The notes beneath the pieces were generated by a model, which made no database searches, was not told the DNA's origin, and was given only the letters and a program-made list of their open reading frames with translations. 64,000 bases of DNA from Welwitschia mirabilis (taxonomy: Eukaryota): positions 35,426,018 to 35,490,017 of the forward strand of contig JBOZIK010000001.1 in NCBI GenBank assembly GCA_051453625.1, read 5' to 3'. The position numbers were made by a program, and so were the translations under genes. Shown here in pieces: positions 43,101-55,200 of the stretch; the stretch's first letter is position 1; each line of letters starts with the position of its first letter.

Positions 43101-46100
43101 NNNNNNNNNNNNNNNNNNNNNNNNNNNNNNNNNNNNNNNNNNNNNNNNNNNNNNNNNNNNNNNNNNNNNNNNNNNNNNNNNNNNNNNNNNNNNNNNGCTC
43201 TCTCTCTCGCTCTCTCTCGCTCTCTCTCTCTCTCGCTCTCTCTCTCTCTCGCTCTCTCTCTCTCGCTCTTTTATGATAAGTGGAAAATCCTAACATTTCA
43301 TAAGGCTATGTCCATTCTACCAGCATAAAGGATTATTGTGGTACATAATTTTGCAATCCTTTATGTCTCATTGGATCTTATTAATAAAAATAGATATATT
43401 GCAAAATACAACACACTACTATGAATGGGAGTAACGTAAATGTTGTAAACCCATTGAAGGCATGCAAGAGAAGAAGGAGAATTGGTTTTCAGAGTATATC
43501 ACATTCAAACATAGGAATAATGCAAAAAATTAAATGTGCAAGGCAATGTAAATGCAATCTACCCTAGATGAATACCTATCTGAGTACTAAATTGACTTGT
43601 CAGGAGGATCAGCCCTATGTAATCTAAAACAGTCAAGAAGACTATTACTAACTAAGACCAACTTAGACTATCAAGTGAGTCAAATAAATATAAGGCAAAA
43701 TGGTTCTTATGCTACTTTTATCAACCTTAATTAAGGTTGTCCTTAAGACCTATATCGTTAATAATACTATTACCAAATTAATAACAACATAATCTATAAG
43801 GAAAATTAACAGTATAAATGCATAACAAAAAAATAGAGTTTTATATTAAAAATCAAACTAACATCTAGGTTATAAAATAGCTAAGCCTCAATGGAGGATG
43901 CATAGCCCTAACCAAGAAAACATCTTTTCATAACCTATGAGATGGATCTCCTACCCTTTGATCTTCTATTATGAAATGTGTAATGCATTGAAGATAAATG
44001 GGAGAGTTATGAGAGGGGGTAGGAGGGGGGTTATTTATAGGGTGAAGGTGAAACCATCACACAGGATGTATTAAAAGAATGTGTTCAAATCCAAGAAAGA
44101 AATGGATGAAATAGATGAAAGCCAGCTAGCCATTTTAGATGTCGTCCTAGATATCATGGGGACAACCAAGGGGATAATAATACATGTTTTATGTTTGTCA
44201 TCCTGCATGTCATTGGGATAACCATGAAGATGATACCCCTTTAGAAAAGATGACTTCCATAGTACCGACTCTAGTCCACATCAACATTCCCTTATGATTT
44301 ATATAGTGTTGTTATCCTACCTATCATAGGGATGATAGAAGGGATGATAGTCATCTTTGTTCTTTTAGCTTAAGATACTATAAGAAATATAGGCTTTTAA
44401 GACACTTCTAAAATGCCTTAAAATTCTTAAAAACTTCCTTAAAAACTTTTAATATGTTTCTTCATAAAATGCTTTAGGTGTTCCTAAGGCATTTTAATAA
44501 ACATACCTCTAAAAAGCTTTTTAAGATGTTTTTTGAAAAAATGCCTAAAGGCTTTTGAGGCTTTTTTTAAAGAAATGCCTTAAACATCCTTTTTAGGTGT
44601 TTTATTAGATAAACACCTCAAAAGACGTTACCTATGGAAAAAAAATTATAAAATAAGCTAGGATTTCAAGCAGCACCAGGCCTCAAGACAAAGAAACTTG
44701 AAATAAAATCTCAATATAATTAATTTAATTTATTAGATACTTCACAAAAGTCATGTTTTTGAAGCAAATGCTATGAGCATCCCCATAGGAAGATCTTATG
44801 TAATCATTTTAAGCATGTCAATTTACTAAAGTAAAACTTAAAATGATTATAAATAAAGGGTCTCACTTAAGATCAATATAATTTACTATTGCAAAGTAAG
44901 CGATACTATTCCCGAAAAATACAAGCTTCAGAGAGACAAATTGCTATCAAAAAGTAAACGATAGCTATCAAACTCTTTTCTAGTAAGGAAATAAAATCAA
45001 TAAATAATTATTGAAAGATCTTGCTTATCTGATAATAACATGCAGTTACTTGTTAGTCCAAGATTATTACTCTTAACTATCAAAAAAGTTGAGGTGTGGT
45101 AGTAGGCGAGGAGGAGGAAGGGGATTGAAGGGGGATTGTTAAGTAGAGAATAACTAAAATAAGAGATTATACCTTAGCAGAGCATAAAGAAAATAAAAGG
45201 AGATACTCTTAATAGGCATTTTATATGAAGCAATAACACTTGTAAATTATCTATTTTTATCACACAGGAATGAGAATCAAACATATGATTACAGTTTTGA
45301 GGTAAAAGAAGTTAATAAAATATTCTTGAATAAATTATCTATCACATAGAAAGCCATTCAATTTTTCAAATCCCAAGCATAGTGAAGGGACTTTGAACCT
45401 AAAATCTTAATAAAATGATATCTTAAGAAGTAGTAAGTAGCTAGAGAGAATGCCATATGGCCAAGGTTTGAAATCTTCAACAAAGAAGGCATGATATCTG
45501 TGCTTGACAGATGGAATATCACATGTTAAACAAGACTTCATGGATCTCATAATGTAGATCAAAGTTTTCTACATGGCATCACTTACTAAACGATGTTTAT
45601 AGGTCTTCTTACTACAGCTCTCATTTTCACACACCCCTATGACTAACTAGCAGATACCTATGGCTTACAATTAATGGATAAAGAAGAGACAAAGATAGTG
45701 CAACATAAGATAAGTGACACAATATCACATGAGAAGTGAACAGGAGGGGCATTAAGTGGATAGCTAGTGCTTCAACTAGTAAACACGGGTTAACTCGGAG
45801 AGTTACAAAGAATAAATGCTATGGATCTTCTTCATAACCAACATTATTTTACCTGCTTCCATGTCCTCTTGTTTCCTTCTTCATAACCAAGCTTCATTCT
45901 TGTAAACATTTTTTGCATCATTGTCATCACTGTGCAATGATAACAACTCGTCTACCTATTCTATAAGATCTTCATAGTGTTTCAAACTTGCTTCTAGTCA
46001 TTCTAGCAATTAAGGAAGCCTTAGTTCAAGGAAAAGAAATTTTAAAATGGATCATTAAGAAATATTTCTTCTATATGAGCTATTTTCTTTGCAAGGAAGA

Positions 46101-46682
46101 AAATTCAAAGATATATGGATGTAAATATCTTTTTAATCATTCGCAGTGCAAGATCCATTACAAAATAGACATCTAATAATCCTAATAATTATAGAAACAA
46201 CTTTATGATAAGGAGCATCAGAAGTTCCAGTCTTTTTAAGTGGTATAAATAAAGCTATAAGTATTATAATTAATACTAGTCATGTTTTTAAGCCAGATTA
46301 ATATGTCCACTTGCCTTCTAGTATTACTAATACATTTCAAAATCAAGCACAAATCTTTTGGATCTTGTTAATGAGACAACCATGCAAATAAGATCTTCAA
46401 GGATAATCCTCAGCCTTTTACAATAATGAACACCTAAACAAGTAGTCTCAATCTTTTATGAACAAGCATATGATGAGTGGAAAATGAGGCTTCTTACATT
46501 AATTCACTCTATTGAAGCTTAAGTAGTTGCTTAGAATGCCTAATAAGAAGTTAAGCACAAAAGAGGAATATATGCTTCCAAATTCTGGAAAAGCTTTTTA
46601 AAATTTTAGATTGCTAAGAGAACCAAAGAGATTCATTAAAGATGCATTTATATAGTTCTAAAGATTAGATAGACATTATAGA

Positions 46683-47050
46683 ACTAGAGTGAAATCAGGA
46701 GGTGTACTAAGATAATATTGATAATTCAGTGACAAAAGCAACTCTCAAGATAATTGTTATTTTCATTGCTTGTTTGCATTAGATCACCCCTTAAGAATCA
46801 GTTTCATAGATCATGAGAAATTTTTAGTTATCTATCAAAACATCCCTATGTTATTTAGTCTAGGATTCTAGACTGAAATCAGGAGGGGTACTAAGATAAT
46901 ATTGACAATTCAGTGATAAAAGCAACTCTTCAAACAATTGTTACTTTCATTGCTTGTTTGCATTAGATCACCCCCTAACAATTAGTTTCATAGATTATGA
47001 GAAATATTTAGTTATCTGTCAAGACATTCCTATGTCATTTAGTCTAGAAT
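46683..47050. repeat. ~180-bp tandem duplication
   Basis: The unit CTAGAGTGAAATCAGGAGG...TTTAGTCTAG occurs twice here and once in the duplicate contig (~49989-50170). Confidence 0.85.
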
Positions 47051-48545
47051 TCTACTAAGACAACCTTCTCTACATTGGGTTTCCTCAATAATACATTGAG
47101 TTAACCCTATAAAACTTAGTTTGCAAATGTTGAGAAATTGATAAGATTTTAACTTCAAATTTAAGGGTTGATTATTTTATGTTGCTTTTATAGAATCATA
47201 AGATAAAAGTAGATAGATATGATATTATTAGTTCAACATATATCACATAAATGGTACCTTGAACTAATTTATTTTCGTAACAAAGATAACATAAGAAAAT
47301 ATTTTTGTGCTTCCACCTACTTCTTGATTGAGGTTGGTTGCATCATATTCAAATGGCTCTGTCAATGAGAAGAACCAAGCAATTACTCAAACAATCACTC
47401 AGCTAGCTCTTCTTACCTTATACTAGATGCAGAAGTTGGTGAACATGTTTACGGTGGATCCTGGGACCACAGTTAGTTGGAAGTTTCTAATACTAATGAT
47501 AATAATGATGATAATATTCCTTATAAGGCTAAAATAAAGGTCGTTCATGGTTTTGTAAGTAATATAATGAGGATGTAGCATTGTCTTCTCCTTTTGATTG
47601 ATTTATTTGCTCTATTCAATCCCCATTTTGATATTCCCAACTTTGCTTATCTTTTTTCTTTCTATTGATTCTAGATATGTAATTCATGCACTTCTACTAT
47701 CTAGAAAATACAACTTCAAAAGTGCATTTTTATTGAATTGTAAAATTATTTTATATTAGTTTAGAAGGAAAAACTAATAAAAGATAAAGTAAATTTGCAA
47801 ACTTTTGAGGGGTCCCTTATTTTATCATATTTCTATTAAATATCAATAATTACATTGTCTATTATTTATCCTAGCATAAGAGAATATTTGATGCATTCAT
47901 GGATACAGGTCTTACTTGTGCACCTTGAATGCTAAAAGAGGAGAAAAATCAAGGCTTGTGAGGATTCTTCATGTCCCTATTTTATGAGTTTCTTTCTGCA
48001 TTATACTAATAGCTTTATGTTATATATCTAAAGCATATAAATTACCTTTGGCAGCAATATACATTAACATATTTTTGGTTGAGCAGAATCAACCATTTAT
48101 GTTCTATAAGAAATTATTAATAATTTGATTAGCAATTAATTCCTCAATTAAATTATTGTGCCAAAAAGAAAGAATCACATCTCACTAAAGGTGATGAATT
48201 AGCTTCATCTTCATTCTCATCTTCATCACCCTTCTCAATTTCTTGCAAAAGAAATTAAACCATGAAACATGTCCATGTAGGATGCGAGAACACACAATGT
48301 AGACACAAGAATTTTAAAGAAATACTTTCTTGTCATTATTAGCCCAAAAATAATTGATTGCACTTATACACAATTTCAGCTCTTAAGATTACCATTAAAA
48401 TCATCAATAATATATAAAATATGACCATGATTTAGCTTTTACTAAACCAATAGTAGCATGACATTATCTTGGTTATAATTTTGTAATATGTAGAAACATT
48501 TTTATGTTTGTACTTTTAAGGCTAATATGTAAGCAACTGCAAATT

Positions 48546-48672
48546 TGGACTTAAGAAGTTTGAATAAGTTGGAGCTATCTGATAATCTTCTATAAGGGTA
48601 ATTACCAGAGAACCTATCTAATCATAGACTATTATAACTTTTTTCAAATCGTTTAATATTCAGTAACATAAC
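48546..48672 (+). pseudogene. Plant leucine-rich-repeat (LRR-RLK/RLP-like) gene fragment, copy 1
   Basis: LDLRSLNKLELSDNLL*G*LPENLSNHRLL*LFSNRL fits the plant LRR consensus LxxLxxLxLSxNxLxGxLPxxL. Confidence 0.7.
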
Positions 48673-51667
48673 TGTCTTAAGAAGCTATCTTAATAGTAGC
48701 TTTTCATGTGAGCAAGATCTCTGTCATACACACATAAAGCTATATGCAGGTGCTTGGGTATGAGAGAGAAGGGATATCATATTGTACTACTATGCATGAG
48801 AAGCAAAGTAGTCTTGATTTCTATAATTGTGTTCTATAGGATTTGCAATTTAATGTCTAGTGAAAAAATTTTTCCCTCTAAATTATCAAGTAAGCTATAT
48901 ATCTCTTATGTTTGAGATTAGCTCTATGAATTATTAGGAGAGAGAATTGTGATATGGCTTAAATGGTCTTAGTAATTAGGCACACCAGAATCTCCAATGA
49001 GACTTGAAACCTATAAAAGAAAAAAAAGTCCATATCCTATATTATTTATAGATTGAATTGGCCTTTTTTCATAAACAAGTTATAGGCAAGACCTTTATTG
49101 TGATGCTTATTTTTTCATGTACACACTAGTATAAGTGAGAGTGATCTAAATGTGATATCTTGTTGAAGACTTATGAGAGAATAATAAGGATTGATTTTTA
49201 CTAACATAAAGTAACCGAACTTACTGAATAATGTAGAAAATAAAGACACAATGAAAATAAAAATGCAACTAAATATAATGAAATGCAAAATGAATCTAAA
49301 CTACTTTCTTTTAGCCTTAACAAAGGCTACCTTTAAGATCTATATTGCTAATGAAATTGTCTCNNNNNNNNNNNNNNNNNNNNNNNNNNNNNNNNNNNNN
49401 NNNNNNNNNNNNNNNNNNNNNNNNNNNNNNNNNNNNNNNNNNNNNNNNNNNNNNNNNNNNNNNGAAAATTCAAAGATACATGGATGTAAATATCTTTTTA
49501 ATCATTCGCAGTGCAAGCTCCATTACAAAATAGACATCTAATAATCCTAATAATTATAGAAACAACTTTATGATCAGGAGCATTAAAAGTTCCAGTCTTT
49601 TTAAGTGGTATAAATAAAGTTATAAGTATTATAGTTAATACTAGTCATGTTTTTAAGCTAGATTAATATGTCCACTTGCCTCCTAGTATTAGTAATACAT
49701 TTTAGAATCAAGCACAAAGCTTTTACAATGATGAACACCTAAATAAGTAGTCTCAATCTTTTATGAACAAGCATATGATGAGTGGAAAATATGGCTTCTT
49801 ACATTAATTCACTCTATTGAAGCTTAAGTAGTTTCTTAGAAAGCCTAATAAGAAGTTAAGCACAAAAGAGGAATAGATGCTTTCAAATTCTGGAAAAGCT
49901 TTTTAAAATTTTAGATTGCTAATAGAACCAAAGAAATTCATCAAAGATGCATTTATATATTTCTAAAGATTAGATAGACATTATAGGACTAGAGTGAAAT
50001 TAGGAGGGGTACTAAAGATAATATTGAAAATTCAGTGACAAAAGCAACTCTCAAGACAATTGTCATTTTCATTGCTTGTTTGCATTAGATCACCCCATAA
50101 CAATTAGTTTCATAGATCATGAGAAATTTTTAGTTGTCTGTCAAAACATCCCTATGTCATTTAGTATAGGATTCTACTAAGACAACCTTCTCTACACTGG
50201 GTTTCCCTAATAATACATTGAGTTAACCCTATAAAACTTAGTTTGAAAATGTTGAGAAATTGATAAGATTTGAACTCCAAATTTAAGGGTTGATTATTTT
50301 ATGTTGCTTTTATAGAATCATAAGATAAAAGTAGATAGATATAATATTATTAGTTCAACATGTATCACATAAATGGTAACTTGAACTAATTTGTTTTCAT
50401 AATAAAGATGACATAAGAAAGTATTTTTTGTGCTTCCACCTACTTGTTGATTAAAGTTGATTGCATCATATTCAAATGGCTCTGTCAATGAGAAGAACCA
50501 AGCAATTGCTCAGACAATCATTCAGCTAGCTCTTCTTACCTTATACTAGATGCAAAAGTTGGTGAACATGGTTACGGTGGATCCTGGGGCCACAGTTAGT
50601 TGGAAGTTCCTAATACTAGTAATAATAATGATGATAATATTCCTTATAAGGCTAAAATAAAGGTCATTCATGGTTTTTTAAGTAATGTAATGAGGATGTA
50701 GCATTATCTTCTCCTTTTGATTGATTTACTTGCACTATTCAATCCCCATTTTGATATTCCTAACTTTTCTTATCTTTTTTCTTTCTATTGATTCTAGCTA
50801 TGAAATTCATGCACTTCTACTATCTAGAAAATACAACTTAAAAAGTGGATTTTTATTGAATTGTAAAATTATTTTATATTAGTTTAGAAGGAAAAACTAA
50901 TAAAAGACAAAGTAAATTTATAAACTTTTGAGGGGTCCCTTATTTTATTAGATTTCTGTTAAATATCAATAATTACATTGTCTATTATTTATCCTAGCAT
51001 AAGAGAATATTTGATGCATTCATGGATATAGGTCTTACTTGTGCACCTTGAATGCTAAAAGAGGAGAAAAATCAAGGCTTATGAGGATTCTTCATGTCCC
51101 TATTTTGTGATTTTATTTCTGCATTGTACTAATAGCTTTATGTTATATATCTAAAGCATATAAGTTACCTTTGGTAGTAATATACATTAACATATTTTTG
51201 GTTGAGTAAAATCAACCATTTATGTTCTATAAGAAATTATTAATAATGTGATTAGTAATTAATTCCTCAATTAAATTATTGTGCTAAAAAGAAAGAATCA
51301 CATCTCACTAAAGGTGATGAATTAGCTTCATCTTCATCCTCATCTCCATCACCCTTCTCAATTTCTTGCAAAATAAATTAAACCATGAAACATGTCCATG
51401 TAGGATGCAAGAACACACAATGTAGACATAAGAATTTTAAAGAAATACTTTCTTGTTATTATTAGCTCAAACACAATTGACTGCACTTATACACAATTTC
51501 AGCTCTTAAGATTATCATTAAAATCATTAATAATATATAAAAGATAACCATGATTTAGCTTTTGCTAAACTAATAGTAGCATGACATTATCTTGGGCAGA
51601 ATTTTATAACATGTAAAAACATTTTTATGTTTGTACTTTTAAGGCTAATATGTAAGCAACTGCAAAT

Positions 51668-51794
51668 TTGGACTTAAGAAGTTTGAATAAGTTAGAGCTG
51701 TTTGATAATCTTCTAAAAGGGTACTTATCAGAGAACCTATCTAACCATAGAGTTCTACAACTTTTTTCAAATCATTTAATATTTAGTAACATAA
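51668..51794 (+). pseudogene. Plant LRR gene fragment, duplicate copy
   Basis: ORF 51668-51886 begins DLRSLNKLELFDNLLKGYLSENLSNHRVLQLFSNHL. Confidence 0.65.
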
Positions 51795-52219
51795 CTGTCT
51801 TAAGAAGCTATCTTAATAGTAGCTTTTTATGTGAGCAAGATCTTTATCATACATACATAAAGCTATATGCACATGCTTGGGTATGAGAGAGAAGGGATAT
51901 CATATTGTACTACTATGTATGAGGAGCAAAGTAGTCTTGATTTCTATAATTGTGTTCTCTAGGATTTGCAATTAATATCTAGTGGAAAAAATTTTCCCTC
52001 TAAATTATCAAGTAAGCTATATATCCCTTATGTTTAAGATTATCTCTGTGAATTATTAGGAGAGAGAATTATGATATGGCTTAAATGGTCTTATTAATTA
52101 GACACACCAGAATCTCCAATGAGACTTGGAACCTTTAAAAGAAAAAAAATGTCCATATCCTATATTATTTATAGATTGAATTGGCCTTTTCTTCATAAAT
52201 GAGTTATAGGCAGGACCTC

Positions 52220-55200
52220 TATTATGATGCTTATTTTTGCATGCGGATACTAGTATGAGTGAGAGGGATCTAAATGTGATATCTTATTAAAGAATTATGA
52301 GAGAAGAACAAGAATTGATTTTTACTAAAGTAAAGTAACCGAACTTAATGAACAATGTAGAAAATAGAGACACAATTGAAATACAAATGCAACTAAATAT
52401 AAATGAAATGCAAATGAACCTAAACTACTTTCTTTTAGCCTTAACAAAGGCTACAATTAAGATCTATATCACCAATGAAATTGTTACTAGATCTAGGGCA
52501 ACATAAACCATAAGGAACATCTATTAAACTAATATGAATAAAATGAAAATAGATTTTTATATTAAAAAGGAACCAACATCTGGATTATAAAACAGTAGGG
52601 CCTCAATGGAGGATGCACAGCCCTCCACCAAGGAAATGTCTTTCTATAACTCTTGAGATGGATCTTCCATCCTTCTATCTCTTGTCATGAGAATTTTTAA
52701 TGCATCAAAAATAGAGAGGAGAATCGAAGAGGGTCTTATTTATAAGATTACACAGCAGAAAATAACAACAAAAGGCACTCCAAAACATTCTCCATTAAAA
52801 AAGAAATGGATGAAATGGTTAAGGTCGGTTGTCAGAGTTAGTTATAGTGGTCATCTTCTCTGTCATCTAGAAAGCAAAGGGGACAACAACTCATTACAAA
52901 AGATAATTTAGCAGATGACTCAGTAGTCCATGTTAGCATTAAATGTAATCATCGTCTTATCTGTCATGGGGACAACATAGGGGATAATGGCCTTCTTTAC
53001 TCATCTGAGTAAGAAGAAGTTAGCCTTTCTATCAATAATATTCCTCCAAAGCTCTTTGTATCAGAATATGTTTTTAATGCTTTAAATATTGCTAAGAATT
53101 GCACATATTTAAGATCTTTTATTGATTCTCCAAAATCCTCAGAATTACACCTAAACCTGTGTAAATATCCTGCAAAACCCCATCAAATAACCACAAATTG
53201 GTAATGCATCATAGCCTCTCACTTAGCTTTTATCATTCACTGACAAAAACCAAGCAAAAAATTACAAATGCAAGCCCATTTGTTTTACAAAAAATCAATC
53301 TGAAAATTATAAAATAGGCTCATAAAATACATCACATATCAAAATAACATGTAATGCATAATGTGTATGGAGTAAAAATTTTAAATTTATGTCTTATGAA
53401 AACTCTAAAATAACTCAAAAAAATTTATAAAAATAAGTCATAAAAATGGGTCCTTCCCTCCCCAAGAAAAATATTACATCCTATGTTGGCTAGTAAAGCA
53501 AAGAAAGCAGATAGAAGTGAAAAGGTGGATGATGGATGTTTTTGAATTTGGACATCTTTCTAAAGTAAGTGTAAATCTAAGTAAACAAATATCAAATTTG
53601 AAAAATATAGATGTATGAAATATTCTAATAAGCAAAAAAAATGTTCTGTAATAAGATGATTATAAGAAGCATTGAAAAACTCCAAAATCTTAAAAATAAA
53701 CATCATAAAATTAGTTATCCAAATAAGAAAACAACTCTTTATTAAAAACTGTGTAAGAAAAATATTAAGAAAATACAAAAATAATTTTGAAACAACTAAC
53801 CAAAAATAAAAATAAGCCGAAAGAAGGGATATAAGGTAGCATAAAAAAATATAGCCTACTTATCTAAAATTTTAACCTAAGACTCTCAAGAAAGAAATCA
53901 TAACATCACTTGATTTGAAAATTCATGACTTGATGTATAAAAAAATTCCATTCGATAAGGTAGTGGTTATGATAATGCTGAAAATGAAATGCTTTAAACA
54001 ATGAATGATAAGACTAAAGAGTTGCTTAAAAATAAATCAACATCTCAAACCAAACACTTGAATCTTAAGAAATAAAATGGTCATGTAGAAAGATTAAGAG
54101 TCTAAAAAATAAGCAATGCTTCTGATAATACTAGGAAAACCACTGATCTCATAGCCTCCAAGTTTTTATTATTTAATTATCCATGTTGAGGAGAGTGTAA
54201 CCACAGTCAAAGAAGTAAAAACTTGTAAAGCATAGCTAACTAACCTCCCAGTGAAGTTTCCACAGCTATCATATTACCCTGTCAAAGGCTTCTCTTAGAA
54301 ATATTTGCCCCAGTGTACTTGCGATAGGATATCATGATGACCATATTTTTGAAATATCTCAAATATAAATAACATGTCTTATTTCACTATTTTTTTTTTT
54401 ACATAAATGAAAAAATTCCACATAACCAAACACTCCAAAAGACAAAGATAAAGTCATAAGAAAAAGATAAAAAAGAACACACTTAAATAATCTAAGATCT
54501 TTTCACCATTGAGAAGAAAATAAAAAATAAAGCATCTTCCTTCAAACTGAAGTTCATAAACACGTGAATGTTTTAAGATTGGCTGAATCTAGTCTTACCA
54601 CTATAACATGCCCAAGTCAAAGACTAATCATGGAAATAAATACATAAATCATGTTTGAAAGATAATCAAGTAACATCATAATGGCCTCCAAATAAAAAAT
54701 CTAAGAGAAAATTCAAATGGTTGCTCAAATAATTCCAACCTTTTCTCATTAACTTTCTAAAATTCTTAAGTGATTAAGTTAGAAATCTCAACAGACTCAT
54801 CAGAATGTATTTTTTTAAAATAACAAAAAACTAAATTAAAAGAACTAATAGTCATCCTTTGCATCATCCATACAACAAAGAGAATGACAAGAATAGAAAG
54901 CAGAGACAAACATAAAAGCCTAATCAAAAAACTAAAGACAAAAAATCATAAAAAATATTAAATAAAAAGTTGAAGATAAAATCAAAGTCAAAATCATAAA
55001 TCAAAAAGGAAACACTAAAGCAAATAAATTTTATTCAAATTCTAAAAGTTATTCAACATTTTTATTAAAAGAAAGCAAAAGNNNNNNNNNNNNNNNNNNN
55101 NNNNNNNNNNNNNNNNNNNNNNNNNNNNNNNNNNNNNNNNNNNNNNNNNNNNNNNNNNNNNNNNNNNNNNNNNNNNNNNNNAGAGACAAAAAATAAAATC

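Larger units (their letters stand above)
46340..49010 (-). pseudogene. Chain of short exons of unknown identity inside the CACTA (duplicate within 49700-52135)
   Basis: GT-AG-bounded exons 49010-48986, 48241-48186, 47931-47916, 47486-47417, 46539-46498 and 46433 onward splice in one frame. Stops are TAA/TAG/TGA explicable by single transitions. Confidence 0.55.

Noticed and set aside
39935..43328. ORFs with RERE/LSLS runs
   Set aside because: They are translations of (CT)n microsatellites and N gaps.
40261..52484. Genuine ~3-kb tandem repeats
   Set aside because: Each repeat junction coincides exactly with a 100-N gap, so assembly redundancy is more parsimonious.
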